Assembly (NCBI RefSeq): GCF_000341895.1
Contig: NC_020409.1
Location: 1 to 32,000 of the forward strand
Reading direction: 5' to 3'
Source: Pseudodesulfovibrio piezophilus C1TLV30
GTDB taxonomy: Bacteria > Desulfobacterota > Desulfovibrionia > Desulfovibrionales > Desulfovibrionaceae
Length of the DNA: 32,000 nt
Numbering within the stretch: the first letter of the stretch is position 1; every line of letters begins with the position of its first letter. The notes under the pieces were generated by a model. That model had not been told where the DNA came from and searched no databases. It was given only the letters and a program-made list of their open reading frames with translations. Shown in pieces: positions 1 to 9,734 of the stretch. The translations under genes and the position numbers were made by a program.

Positions 1-27
1 TTTAAGTCTATTAAAGAGTCACCTCTC

Positions 28-59
28 TGTAGATAAAGTCTCATGTGCATTGTGCATAC
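28..59 (+). promoter_or_regulatory. DnaA-box-like motifs upstream of dnaA (possible autoregulatory sites)
   Basis: tgtagataa (28-36) matches TGTGGATAA at 8/9. tgtgcatac (51-59) matches at 7/9 and the overlapping tgtgcattg (44-52) at 6/9. All lie upstream of the ATGATG at 112 where the conserved DnaA N-terminus begins. Confidence 0.3.
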
Positions 60-111
60 GAAAGGAATTCGAGAATTGTCTGAGCACCCACAATCAATTA
101 TTACCGACCAC

Positions 112-1473
112 ATGATGAAGACTGCGTGGAAGCAAATACTCCGTTCACTCGAAAAGAGCCTCAATCCTGGCGTGTATACCGTCTGGATCAAGCCTCTCAG
201 AGGCACTGTCGAAGGCAATAAACTGATACTTACCGCACCGAATGATTTTGTTGCTAATTGGGTTCGGGACAGACTTCTTCAGGTCATCCGCGAGGCCGCA
301 ACCCAGGTAATGGGGAGTGAGCCTAAGATAAGCATATCTGCAAGCACCGAAAAGAAAACAAAACCGGCCATGACGACTGTACGGACAAAACCGTTGGGTA
401 AGGCTCCATCGGCGACTCCGTTGGGATTGCCCATTGTCAATACGCCAAAACCTATTCCGGTTCAAAATTGGCGTTTTTCTTTTGACGACTTTGTCGTTGG
501 TTCCAGTAATGAACTGGCTTGTGCGGCAAGCCGCTCTATCTGTGACACCGCTTTTGTTTCCGATCACCTCTTTTTGAGTTCTGAGCCAGGGCTCGGCAAG
601 ACGCATCTGCTGCATTCAGTGGGGCAACAACTTTGTGCAACCGCCAATAAAAAGAATGTCCGGGTTGCCTGTCTTTCGTCAGAGAATTTTGCCACTCGGA
701 TGGTCCTTGCCATACGGGGAAAGCAGATCGATCAGTTCAAAGCTCAATTCCGTGAAAGTATTGATGTCTTGCTTCTTGAAGATGTGCATTTTTTTCAGGG
801 TAAGGAGAAGATGCAGGAAGAACTGCTCTGTACGATGGGGGCATTACGTGAACGTGGCTGCAAAGTGGTCCTGACCAGCTCGTTCATGCCTAAAGACTTT
901 TCCGGGGTCGACTCCCGCTTGGTCTCTCGGTTTTGTTCTGGCTTTCTGGCCCATATCAATAGGCCTGATATGGAGACTCGCCGCCGGATCGTACAGGAGA
1001 AGGCTCGCAAGCTTCAGGTGGATGTTCCTGTTGAAGTTACCGAGTTGCTTGCCGAACGAATCACGACTGATATCCGCCAGCTTGAGAGCTGTTTGAACAA
1101 CATGGTCCTGAAAGCTCGCTTACTCAACCGAGCAGTAACCATGAATCTCGCATGGGAAGTGCTGGATAACTATGCTGTCCAGAATCCGACTCCGGATTTC
1201 GGACATATTATTGAGTTTATTTGTAAAAGTTACTCACTCTCGGAAGAAGAACTGAAATCCAAAAGCCGCAAACGACAAATTGTTCTGGCTCGGAACACCG
1301 CTTTTTATCTGGCCCGCAAGCACACTGAACTTTCTCTTAAATCCATTGGTGAAAAGTTGGGTCGCCGGCATTCCACAGTCCTCAAAGGCATCACCAAAGT
1401 TGAGCGGGAAATTTCTCTTCAGACCCCATTGGGGCGTCAGCTAGAGAAGACAACAGAGCGACTTACTCCTTAA
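112..1473 (+). CDS. dnaA: Chromosomal replication initiator protein DnaA
   Basis: The N-terminus MMKTAWKQILRSLEKSLNPGVYTVWIKPL is typical of DnaA domain I. Walker A is GLGKTHLL and Walker B is LLLEDVHFF. The C-terminal DNA-binding domain reads RKRQIVLARNTAFYLARKHTELSLKSIGEKLGRRHSTVLKG. The ORF track extends to 43, but residues 1-23 have no DnaA-like character. Confidence 0.95.
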   Translation: MMKTAWKQILRSLEKSLNPGVYTVWIKPLRGTVEGNKLILTAPNDFVANWVRDRLLQVIREAATQVMGSEPKISISASTEKKTKPAMTTVRTKPLGKAPSATPLGLPIVNTPKPIPVQNWRFSFDDFVVGSSNELACAASRSICDTAFVSDHLFLSSEPGLGKTHLLHSVGQQLCATANKKNVRVACLSSENFATRMVLAIRGKQIDQFKAQFRESIDVLLLEDVHFFQGKEKMQEELLCTMGALRERGCKVVLTSSFMPKDFSGVDSRLVSRFCSGFLAHINRPDMETRRRIVQEKARKLQVDVPVEVTELLAERITTDIRQLESCLNNMVLKARLLNRAVTMNLAWEVLDNYAVQNPTPDFGHIIEFICKSYSLSEEELKSKSRKRQIVLARNTAFYLARKHTELSLKSIGEKLGRRHSTVLKGITKVEREISLQTPLGRQLEKTTERLTP

Positions 1474-1553
1474 TACAAGCCCCCCACATGTCCCCTCGGA
1501 TCATTTGGCATCATTCATGAGCCTGTTGTTCCGGGGGGCATATTGCCTATGTC

Positions 1554-1585
1554 GAGCATCCTTTTCAAAAAAAGGATGCTCTTTT
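1554..1585 (+). terminator. Rho-independent terminator after dnaA
   Basis: Perfect 12-bp stem gagcatcctttt/aaaaggatgctc with loop caaa, followed by TTTT. Confidence 0.7.
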
Positions 1586-1664
1586 CATGACGGTATTCGT
1601 ACGGGAAAGTCTATTGAAATTATTTGGTTGTGCCATTTTAGGAGTGGGACAGAGCATGTTTCGT

Positions 1665-1713
1665 AAAAAAACGCATGGTTCTCTGGGAGCGCCATGCGTC
1701 AAGATTTTTTTTG
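1665..1713. terminator. Bidirectional hairpin terminator (serves the minus-strand tsaB operon end)
   Basis: 8-bp stem acgcatgg (1671-1678) / ccatgcgt (1692-1699). An A7 run lies on the left (T7 on the minus strand) and a T8 run a few nt to the right. Confidence 0.5.
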
Positions 1714-1741
1714 GGGGGAGAGGCTGTGAGAAGTGAGGGGC

Positions 1742-2533
1742 TTACCTATTTTGGAGTTCATCAAGCCTTTTGCGGGCTTCTCGTGGGTCGAGGCCGCGTT
1801 TTTTTGCAATATCAGCAAGGTTATCCTCTGCATCTGTGACCCGCACATACAGCGGGGTGATATGGGCTTCGTCAAACTCGGCAACAGCGGCAGTTTCCAG
1901 AAGAAGCTCAGGTGAAGCATTATCCCATATTTTTGAAAGAAAGGTAAAGCCTGTGTGGGTTTTCTGGAAATCATCAAAATAGGTTTGATTCTTGCGAAGG
2001 CCACTCCCCATCACAACAGCTTGTGTGCCCTGGGCAAGAATTTGCTCAGTTGCGGCATCAAGTGAGAGTGATGTGAGGGGGAAGATTTCTTCCATGGACG
2101 GAGTGTTGAATGTCCTGAGGTAGACGAGTCCTTTGCGTGCGTACGTCATGACATGCAGGGTGCCGGAGAGCAGGGGGGCCGGTCCTCTCGCGAGCATGGC
2201 GAGGTAATCAATTCCAGCCAGAGATGCGTTACATCCGGCAGCAAGGCCTTCGGCTGCTGCAAGGACAAGTCTCAGCCCGGTAAAGCTGCCGGGGCCACGT
2301 ACACAAGCGATACGACCTATATCGGACACTGTGAGACCGAGGGTGTCCAGGGTCTCTTTCAGTCCGGCAGTCAGGACTCGGAGGGATTCTCTCGGTACAG
2401 TCCATTCTCGTGAGGCTACCATCTGGTACCCGGTTTGCGTCGGCTTTCCTAAAACCAGCTGTAACCGTTCTTCAGTCCCGCCCATAGCGAGAAGCAGTTT
2501 CTGCGAGTTATGAAAGGAGTCTGCGGAAATCAT
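1742..2533 (-). CDS. tsaB: tRNA threonylcarbamoyladenosine biosynthesis protein TsaB (YeaZ, M22 glycoprotease-like)
   Basis: Carries the family-typical ACVRGPGSFTGLRLVLAAAEGLA motif. The N-terminal LLLAMGGTEERLQLVL aligns to the ILAIDTS start of TsaB. The start overlaps the rseP 3-prime end by 26 nt. Confidence 0.8.
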   Translation of the reverse strand: MISADSFHNSQKLLLAMGGTEERLQLVLGKPTQTGYQMVASREWTVPRESLRVLTAGLKETLDTLGLTVSDIGRIACVRGPGSFTGLRLVLAAAEGLAAGCNASLAGIDYLAMLARGPAPLLSGTLHVMTYARKGLVYLRTFNTPSMEEIFPLTSLSLDAATEQILAQGTQAVVMGSGLRKNQTYFDDFQKTHTGFTFLSKIWDNASPELLLETAAVAEFDEAHITPLYVRVTDAEDNLADIAKKRGLDPREARKRLDELQNR

Positions 2534-3569
2534 TGAAAATAGCCAATGCCATAAGGAGGAGGAGGATCATGATGCCAAAACGCATCGCCAGAGCTTTCCA
2601 GCGGTCGCTCAAAGGGCGCCTGAAAATAAGCTCCAAGCCAAAGAACAGAATGTGCCCACCATCAAGTACAGGGATAGGCAACAAATTGATAATTGCCAGG
2701 TTGATGGAGATGATGGCAACCATATTGAGAAGGGCATATATGCCGGTCTGGGCGCTGTCATGAACCATTTGAGCCAGCATGATTGGCCCCCCGATGCTTT
2801 CAACGGGAATCAGTCGTTCGATGATGGAGAGGAAACCTTTGATCACAACGTGAGCCATATTCCATGTGTGCTCCAGAGCAAGACCGGCTCCGGTTCCATC
2901 TATTGGGTGGTATTCGACCTTGCCTCCTTGACTGATGCCAACCATGGGGACAGTGACTTCCTCGCCAAAAAGATTCTTAACGGTATTGACTTTGGGAGTG
3001 ACGGAAAGAGTGACTGTTTGACCGTCCCGTTCAACAATAAATTCGAGACTTTTTTCTCCGCTTTCACGGATTGTAGTGACCATTTTTGTCCACGAATTGA
3101 TGGAGGTTCCATCAATTGAGAGTACCCGGTCATCCAGTCGGAATCCGGCCGAAGCCGCAGGAGTGTCGGCCATTATTCCGCCAACGGTAGGAAGAATGAT
3201 TCCCTGCCCTTGAGCGAGTGCAAGAAACCAGAAGATTATAAAAGCGAGAAGAAAATTGAAAAAAGGACCAGCAGCGACAACGCACATGCGTTGCCATGCC
3301 GGGCGGCTGGAAAAAAGTTCCTCGTCAGAAAATCCATCTTCCTCTTCTTCACCATCTTCCCCTGCCAGTTGAACATATCCCCCTAATGGAATGAGGGACA
3401 GTTTATATTCGGTTTTTCCCGAGACGGTCCCGGCCAGTCTTGGACCAAACCCAAGGGAGAAAGCCTTGACGCCCATTCCAAAGAGACGTGCTACGGCAAA
3501 GTGGCCGAGCTCGTGAAAGAAAATAAGCCCTCCGAGGGCCACTACAATAGCGATGGCACTTATCAGCAT
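2508..3569 (-). CDS. rseP: RIP zinc metalloprotease RseP (site-2 protease) with PDZ domain
   Basis: HELGHF zinc motif near the N-terminus, a central PDZ-like segment, the C-terminal NLLPIPVLDGGH motif, and multiple hydrophobic helices. Confidence 0.9.
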   Translation of the reverse strand: MLISAIAIVVALGGLIFFHELGHFAVARLFGMGVKAFSLGFGPRLAGTVSGKTEYKLSLIPLGGYVQLAGEDGEEEEDGFSDEELFSSRPAWQRMCVVAAGPFFNFLLAFIIFWFLALAQGQGIILPTVGGIMADTPAASAGFRLDDRVLSIDGTSINSWTKMVTTIRESGEKSLEFIVERDGQTVTLSVTPKVNTVKNLFGEEVTVPMVGISQGGKVEYHPIDGTGAGLALEHTWNMAHVVIKGFLSIIERLIPVESIGGPIMLAQMVHDSAQTGIYALLNMVAIISINLAIINLLPIPVLDGGHILFFGLELIFRRPLSDRWKALAMRFGIMILLLLMALAIFNDFRRLLS

Positions 3570-3640
3570 ATGTTCCTCATTGTGTCGCAGGGTTATTCAA
3601 AGTGCGACGATACTCATTATAAGCATTCATTATCATTTGG

Positions 3641-4855
3641 CTAGAGAGAAGACTCTGCTTCTTCCCGAGTGATGCGGTCAAGCTCTAAAATAGCAGACGG
3701 AGTGTCAACTTTCACAGCTTGATGAGAGGTCAGTGCCTGTTCGATCATTTGGGGGATGTCAAGAAAGTGTATTTTTTCATTGAGAAAAGCAGCTACAGCA
3801 ACTTCATTGACAGCATTGAGAACTATCGGGTGGCTTTGTCCGGCGGCAAAAGCCTCGCGGGCGAGGCGTAAGCAGGGGAAAGCTTCTTCATCAGGGTCTT
3901 CAAATGTCAGCGTCCCAACTTGGGCGAGGTTGAGTTGTGGGACATCGACCTCAACACGTCGGGGAAAGCAGAGACAGTGAGCAATGGGAATCTGCATATC
4001 CGGATTTCCCAAGTGAGCGAGTTGTGACCCATCCATGTATTCGACCAGCGAATGGATGATTGATTGAGCATGCACAACGACATCAATCTTTTCAACCGGT
4101 ACTCCATAGAGATGGCAGGCCTCTATGACTTCAAGCCCTTTATTCATCAACGTCGCAGAATCAATAGATATCTTGGCACCCATGTCCCAATTGGGATGAG
4201 CAAGAGCCTGGTCTCGTGTCACCGTTTGCAAGAAGTTTTTATTCCTGCCTCTGAAGGGACCGCCAGAGGCAGTCAGTATCAGGCGCTTCAAGTCAGTGTT
4301 TTCGTCCTGGCTACTTTGGTGTCCGACAAGTCCTTGAAAGAGGGCATTATGCTCTGAATCAACAGGAAATATCGTAGCACCGGATGCATGGCATTCCTTA
4401 CGGATCACATGCCCGCCAAGGACCAGGGATTCCTTGTTTGCAAGGCCAATCATTTTTCCTGCCTGAGCGGCTGCCAAGGTGGGAATGAATCCAGCTGCGC
4501 CAACGATGCTGGAAAGAACGAGGTCGACACTGTTCAGCGCGGCAAGCGTCGCATATCCTTCTGGTCCGACATGTATTTCCGGCGTATATCCGCACGGGAG
4601 ATAACTGATGAAATCCTGTCTGACCTGTTCATTCAGAACACCGACATGCGGAGGGCGAAACGTTACACATAACTGTGCCAGCCGTTTGGCATTAGCGCCG
4701 CCCGCAAGAGCTGTCACCGTAAATAGATCCGGGTGTTTGCGGATAACCTTGAGTGCACTTGTCCCTATGGAGCCTGTGGCTCCTAGTATGCAGATTGAGC
4801 GAGGAAAATCAGGTTGAGGGACAGAAAGCGGCCAGGGAGAAATATACGTTTGCAC
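3641..4855 (-). CDS. dxr: 1-deoxy-D-xylulose 5-phosphate reductoisomerase
   Basis: ILGATGSIGTSAL NADPH-binding motif, LANKESLV, and SEHNALFQ motifs. Confidence 0.95.
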   Translation of the reverse strand: MQTYISPWPLSVPQPDFPRSICILGATGSIGTSALKVIRKHPDLFTVTALAGGANAKRLAQLCVTFRPPHVGVLNEQVRQDFISYLPCGYTPEIHVGPEGYATLAALNSVDLVLSSIVGAAGFIPTLAAAQAGKMIGLANKESLVLGGHVIRKECHASGATIFPVDSEHNALFQGLVGHQSSQDENTDLKRLILTASGGPFRGRNKNFLQTVTRDQALAHPNWDMGAKISIDSATLMNKGLEVIEACHLYGVPVEKIDVVVHAQSIIHSLVEYMDGSQLAHLGNPDMQIPIAHCLCFPRRVEVDVPQLNLAQVGTLTFEDPDEEAFPCLRLAREAFAAGQSHPIVLNAVNEVAVAAFLNEKIHFLDIPQMIEQALTSHQAVKVDTPSAILELDRITREEAESSL

Positions 4856-4868
4856 AGTGTGTCCGTGG

Positions 4869-5672
4869 TTATTGAAAATAAGGGTGAACCATGCGCATCA
4901 GACCATATGCGGGAACAACCAGAAGCATGGAGTCCACGCGATCCAGCAATCCTCCATGACCGGGCAGTATGGAGCCGGAATCTTTGACCGCAAGGGAGCG
5001 CTTCAGAGCGGATTCGAAGAAGTCACCCATTTGAGCGGCAATATTGAGAATAATACCAAGGAATATCCATTGCCAAAGGGATGCATGCCCAAAAATTAAG
5101 CCATAGACGGATATCAACACAGTGCATGCAGTCATCCCCCCGATACTGCCTGCCCAGGATTTTTTCGGGCTGACTTTGGGCCAGATCTTTTTCTTGCCCC
5201 ACAGGGACCCGCTATAAAACGCTGCAGTATCCGAAATGGCCGCCGCTCCAATGACAAGAGCGCATTCCCATCTGTTAAAATGCAAAAAAAAGTGAAAATT
5301 GACAGGTATATAAAGAAGTCCTGTCAAAAAAATCATAGCCTGAACAAATGATGCATTCAGGTCTGTGCTGTAGCGAAAGAGAAAAATGAAGGCCGCTGTC
5401 CAGAAGGCACTCATGAAAACCAGGGCAGGGTAGAGAAGATTACCCGTCGAAAAAGCTGCCAGTAAAAGAAAAGTATAAATGGCCCCTAGACTTTTGACAG
5501 TCTTGATACCCTGGTGTGACTTGAAAAGATTGTAAAACTCCCAGAGAGTAAAGGAGCAGAAAAGTGCAAGGACAGTAAAAAATACCCAACCTTGGAAGAC
5601 GAGAGCAAGAATCGGGATAAGCGCGAGGCCTATCGCTGTAACAATTCTTTTTTTATGAAGAGATATGTCCAT
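4869..5672 (-). CDS. cdsA: Phosphatidate cytidylyltransferase
   Basis: Polytopic membrane protein with the C-terminal signature SALKRSLAVKDSGSILPGHGGLLDRVDS. Confidence 0.9.
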   Translation of the reverse strand: MDISLHKKRIVTAIGLALIPILALVFQGWVFFTVLALFCSFTLWEFYNLFKSHQGIKTVKSLGAIYTFLLLAAFSTGNLLYPALVFMSAFWTAAFIFLFRYSTDLNASFVQAMIFLTGLLYIPVNFHFFLHFNRWECALVIGAAAISDTAAFYSGSLWGKKKIWPKVSPKKSWAGSIGGMTACTVLISVYGLIFGHASLWQWIFLGIILNIAAQMGDFFESALKRSLAVKDSGSILPGHGGLLDRVDSMLLVVPAYGLMRMVHPYFQ

Positions 5673-5778
5673 ATGTAATATTCAGCGGGTGCTTTAAGTG
5701 AGCGCTTTATGCGCGAGTGTTCAGTATGTACGCTATTTGGAAACCAGGGGCAACATGCGTTGCGCTCTTCATATTGGC

Positions 5779-6564
5779 TTAGGTCAATTGATCGCTCGTT
5801 TTGCCGAATCTACGTTGCCGGTGACCAAGTTCAACAAGAGCTTTATCAAGTTCATCAGATGAAAAATCCGGCCAGTAGATATCTGTAAAGTACAATTCAG
5901 AATAGGCGCATTGGAAAAGAAGGTAATTGGAGAGACGAAGTTCTCCACTTGTTCTGATGATTAGATCCGGGTCGGGTTGACCTGCTGTCCAGAGTTCATT
6001 TGAAAAAATTTCCTCTGTTATTTCAGAGGATTCAAGTCCTTTTTCTAGCAGTGCTCTGGTGGCACGAAGAATTTCGTCCCGGCCCGAATAGTTCAGGGCA
6101 AGGTTGAGAGTCATTGTCGAGCATTCCTGTGTCTGGCGCATGACATGTTTGAGGACCTGACGAACCGTCATGGGCATGTCATTGATATCGCCGAGAACAT
6201 TGAGTTTGACCCCTTGTTCTTTCAGACTCTTTTCTTCCCGTTTGAGAAATGCGGTCAGCAACTCAAAGAGAGTTTTTACTTCAGCCTTGGGACGTGACCA
6301 GTTTTCTTTTGAAAAAGTGTAAAGAGTCAGGTGTTTAATTCCTAACTCATGGCAGCGCGATACAACGGTGCGAGCTGTCTCGGTTCCGGCTTTATGGCCT
6401 TCAGTTCGAGGAAGCCCGCGCTGTTTCGCCCACCGCCCATTGCCATCCATAATGATGGCAATGTGGGCAGGTATAGAGGTAGTGTCCAAGAATGGTCCCT
6501 TAGATTTCGAGAATTTCTTTTTCCTTGGCAACAAAGGCTTGATCGCTTTCCTTGACATAGTCAT
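5779..6564 (-). CDS. uppS: Undecaprenyl diphosphate synthase (isoprenyl transferase)
   Basis: [13 protein letters not shown] and [24 protein letters not shown] motifs. The ATG at 6564 overlaps frr by 65 nt. An alternative TTG at 6489, preceded by AAGGGA just after the frr stop, would remove the overlap. Confidence 0.93.
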   Translation of the reverse strand: MTMSRKAIKPLLPRKKKFSKSKGPFLDTTSIPAHIAIIMDGNGRWAKQRGLPRTEGHKAGTETARTVVSRCHELGIKHLTLYTFSKENWSRPKAEVKTLFELLTAFLKREEKSLKEQGVKLNVLGDINDMPMTVRQVLKHVMRQTQECSTMTLNLALNYSGRDEILRATRALLEKGLESSEITEEIFSNELWTAGQPDPDLIIRTSGELRLSNYLLFQCAYSELYFTDIYWPDFSSDELDKALVELGHRQRRFGKTSDQLT

Positions 6565-7054
6565 CGGTCAGCTTCTGCACGTCGGCTTCGCCTTTTTTCT
6601 TCTCGTCTTCGCTGATGTCCTTCTCTTTCTCCATGGCCTTGAGCGAATCGTTCAAATCGCGGCGAACATTGCGAATGGCTATTTTGCATTCTTCAGTGTA
6701 TTTTTTGGCTATTTTGACCAAATCTTTTCTGCGTTCCTCTGTGAGAGGTGGAATGCCGATACGGATGATCTTGCCATCGTTGACAGGGGTCAGACCGAGA
6801 TCGGAATTCATGATTGCCTTTTCCACGGCTCCGAATGCGCCTTTATCCCATGGTTGGATGCTGACAGTCTTAGAGTCAGGGATGGAGACTGAGGCCAACT
6901 GGCTTATGGGGGTAGGGGTGCCGTAGTAGTCCACGACAATGTTGTCCACCAGGGATGTCGTAGCACGCCCTGTGCGCAATTTTCCAAAATCCTTGTCCAA
7001 GGCTGTCAAAGCCCCGGTCATGCGTTTTTTTCCATCTTCGAGCAGAGATTGCAT
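6500..7054 (-). CDS. frr: Ribosome recycling factor
   Basis: 184 aa. Typical RRF sequence, e.g. [32 protein letters not shown] and [18 protein letters not shown]. Confidence 0.97.
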   Translation of the reverse strand: MQSLLEDGKKRMTGALTALDKDFGKLRTGRATTSLVDNIVVDYYGTPTPISQLASVSIPDSKTVSIQPWDKGAFGAVEKAIMNSDLGLTPVNDGKIIRIGIPPLTEERRKDLVKIAKKYTEECKIAIRNVRRDLNDSLKAMEKEKDISEDEKKKGEADVQKLTDDYVKESDQAFVAKEKEILEI

Positions 7055-7055
7055 A

Positions 7056-7784
7056 TTAGTCTCCTCCTTGAACTGTCGTTCCTATGGGTTCTCCGTTGGC
7101 TGCCTTGCGGATGTTACCTTCTTCATAGAGATTGAAAACAATGATCGGCAGGTCGTTGTCTCGTGCCATGGAAATGGCTGTGGAGTCCATAACTCCGAGG
7201 CGTTTTTCCAATGTTTCTATGTAGGAAACTGTATCGTACTTGACAGCATCGGCGTATTTGGCAGGATCTTTATCGTATATACCGTCCACTTTGGTTGCCT
7301 TGAAGATTGCATCGCATTTGAGTTCCAATGCACGAAGGGCGGCTGCAGAGTCGGTGGTAAAATACGGGTTGCCTGTTCCGGCCGCGCAAATGACTACGCG
7401 GCCTTTATCCATGTGGCGTTGTGCCCGGCGGCGAATATATGGTTCAGCCACCTCTGCCATGGATATAGCTGTCATGACGCGGGTGTCGCACCCATGTTTT
7501 TCCAGCGCATCCTGAACAGCGAGAGCATTCATGACGGTTGCCAACATCCCCATGTAGTCACCTTGTGCCCGGTCCATGCCTTTGGCACTGGCTGCCATGC
7601 CTCGAAAGATATTTCCACCACCGATGACGAGGGCGAGTTGTAGCCCTGTGGCCGCGACTTCGGCGATCTCCCTGGCAAACTGGTTAATGGCTTCCGGTTC
7701 TATGCCAAAGCTTTGTTCACCGGCAAGAGCTTCGCCGCTGAGCTTGAGCAATACCCGGTTATACCGCGCTTTGTTCATTACCAC
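7056..7784 (-). CDS. pyrH: UMP kinase
   Basis: Contains [20 protein letters not shown] and the [11 protein letters not shown] motifs. Confidence 0.97.
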   Translation of the reverse strand: MVMNKARYNRVLLKLSGEALAGEQSFGIEPEAINQFAREIAEVAATGLQLALVIGGGNIFRGMAASAKGMDRAQGDYMGMLATVMNALAVQDALEKHGCDTRVMTAISMAEVAEPYIRRRAQRHMDKGRVVICAAGTGNPYFTTDSAAALRALELKCDAIFKATKVDGIYDKDPAKYADAVKYDTVSYIETLEKRLGVMDSTAISMARDNDLPIIVFNLYEEGNIRKAANGEPIGTTVQGGD

Positions 7785-7905
7785 CTCGTGTATAGTTTCT
7801 CATGATTCCATAAACTCGCCATCAGGCGATAGCATGTTTCAGGCTGTCGATAAAGAGCGGATTGCCGGGGCAATCGCACTTTTCTCAACAGCCTGTATGC
7901 TTACC

Positions 7906-7935
7906 AAAAAAAACGGGCCTTGCGGCCCGCTTTTT
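7906..7935 (-). terminator. Intrinsic terminator immediately after tsf
   Basis: GC stem cgggcc/ggcccg with loop ttgc. It is flanked by A8 on plus (T8 on minus) and T5, and starts 2 nt after the tsf stop codon. Confidence 0.6.
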
Positions 7936-7937
7936 GT

Positions 7938-8765
7938 TTAGTCTTCGCTTTCTTCTTCCTTGGCGTCTTCCCCTAGGGCAAGTCGCACAAAGCCTGCGAC
8001 CTCGGCTTTGCCGAGGATGTCCTTAACGGACTTTTTATCTTCCTTGATGTAGGACTGATTGATCAGGCATACCTCAGAGTAGAATTTGTTGAGTCGACCG
8101 ATGACGATCTTTTCAGCGATGTTCTCGGGCTTCCCTTCATCCATGGCCTGTTTCATGTACAGGGCTTTTTCCTTCTCCAGAATGTCCTGAGGCAGTTCTG
8201 CAGAAGTAATACAGGATGGGTTCATGGCCGCAACGTGCATGGCGATGTCTTTAGCCATCTCAACATCATCAGAGCCAGTCACTTCGACAATGGCACCGAG
8301 TTTGTTGTTGGAGTGGATGTAGACACCGAGTACGCCTTCGGTTGTGAACTTGGCAAAACGACCAACGCCCATGTTCTCGCCCAACTTGGCGATGAGGTCG
8401 GTTACGTCAGCTATCTCTGCGGGCAGATCGGCAGCGGAGCCAGTAGTGACATCCAGTTCTGCTATTTTCTCGGAGAGAGCATTTGCATAGGCGACAAAAT
8501 CGTCCCCTTTTGCAACGAAGTCGGTTTCACACAGCAATTCAGCAATAACGGCAGTCTTGCCATCTTCACTGATGTAAGGGGTGACGAGTCCTTCAGATGT
8601 GGCGCGTCCGGCTTTTTTGGCAGCCTTGGACAGGCCCTTCTCGCGAAGGTACATGATTGCTTTTTCCTCATCGCCACCGGATTCTACCAGGGCTTTTTTG
8701 CAATCCATCATGCCTGCGCCGGTCTTCTCGCGCAGTTCCTTAACCTGAGATGCAGTGATAGCCAT
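7938..8765 (-). CDS. tsf: Elongation factor Ts
   Basis: N-terminal UBA-like ITASQVKELREKTGAGMMDCKKAL. Sits in the classic rpsB-tsf gene order. Confidence 0.97.
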   Translation of the reverse strand: MAITASQVKELREKTGAGMMDCKKALVESGGDEEKAIMYLREKGLSKAAKKAGRATSEGLVTPYISEDGKTAVIAELLCETDFVAKGDDFVAYANALSEKIAELDVTTGSAADLPAEIADVTDLIAKLGENMGVGRFAKFTTEGVLGVYIHSNNKLGAIVEVTGSDDVEMAKDIAMHVAAMNPSCITSAELPQDILEKEKALYMKQAMDEGKPENIAEKIVIGRLNKFYSEVCLINQSYIKEDKKSVKDILGKAEVAGFVRLALGEDAKEEESED

Positions 8766-8767
8766 TC

Positions 8768-9562
8768 TTACTTCTCCTGAGCAGGGGCTTCGGCAGGAGC
8801 CTGAGCCTTTTCTTCGGTTTTAGGGGCTTCAGCTTTGGCGGCTTTGGCTTCCTCGGCAGCTTTGGCTGCGAAATCTTTTTGCATTGCGCTTCCCTCGATG
8901 CAGGCATCGGCCATGTGAGTGGCAAACAGCTTGATGGCGCGGATTGCATCGTCATTGCCGGGGATGATGTAGTCTACCATGTCGGGATCGCAATTGGAGT
9001 CAACAACGGCGACAACAGGGATACCCAATTTGCGGCATTCCTGAATGGCGATGTGTTCACGCTTGGGATCAATGACAAAAGCAGCCTTCGGAGCATCGTG
9101 CATGTCCTTGATTCCGCCCAGAGCAAGGTTCAGTTTCTTGACCTCGCGGTTCATGCCCACTGCTTCCTTTTTGGTGTAGCGGGAAATGGAACCATCTTCG
9201 AACATCTGCTCGAGATTCTTGAGGCGGTCGATGGAGCGTTTGATGGTCTGGAAGTTTGTCAGTGTGCCACCCATCCAGCGGTGAGTGACGAAGAACATGC
9301 CAGCGCGTTCCGCTTCCTGTGTGACAGCTTCCTGAGCTTGACGCTTGGTGCCGATGAACAGGACTTTGCCGCCTTTGGCGACGGTGTTGACGATGAAGTC
9401 ATGGGCGGTCGCAAACATCTTGACGGTCTGCTGCAGATCCATGATGTGAATACCGTTGCGTGCGCCGAAGATGTAGGGGCGCATTTTGGGGTTCCAACGG
9501 CGGGTCTGGTGGCCGAAGTGGACGCCGGTTTCCAGCATCTGCTTCATAGTAACGTAAGCCAT
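8768..9562 (-). CDS. rpsB: 30S ribosomal protein S2 (with Ala/Lys/Glu-rich C-terminal tail)
   Basis: Contains [22 protein letters not shown] and the rest of the conserved S2 core. Low-complexity C-terminal extension [33 protein letters not shown]. Confidence 0.98.
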   Translation of the reverse strand: MAYVTMKQMLETGVHFGHQTRRWNPKMRPYIFGARNGIHIMDLQQTVKMFATAHDFIVNTVAKGGKVLFIGTKRQAQEAVTQEAERAGMFFVTHRWMGGTLTNFQTIKRSIDRLKNLEQMFEDGSISRYTKKEAVGMNREVKKLNLALGGIKDMHDAPKAAFVIDPKREHIAIQECRKLGIPVVAVVDSNCDPDMVDYIIPGNDDAIRAIKLFATHMADACIEGSAMQKDFAAKAAEEAKAAKAEAPKTEEKAQAPAEAPAQEK

Positions 9563-9734
9563 GATAATCTCCTGGGTTTTTCGTCCATCCCGCAGTCCAT
9601 TTAGGAGTCCGTGCCATCACGGACCACCCGGAGTTATGGGCGGGATGTGTGAATTTGAAGTCGGGGGTAATTAGCCCATTATCATATAGATGACAAGTGA
9701 TAAAGTGGGCTCTTTGAAAAGTTGTTCAGAGAGT

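Noticed and set aside
43-111. N-terminal 23-codon extension of the dnaA ORF (MCIVHTKGIRELSEHPQSIITDH)
   Set aside because: It has no resemblance to DnaA domain I, which clearly starts at MMKTAWKQIL. The stretch instead contains DnaA-box-like motifs, so it is more likely promoter or leader.
6368-9604. Long plus-strand ORFs (174, 234, 181 and 241 aa) antisense to uppS/frr, pyrH, tsf and rpsB
   Set aside because: They lie entirely within highly conserved minus-strand genes. Their translations are low-complexity or Cys/His/Gly-rich and not protein-like. They are typical antisense shadow ORFs.
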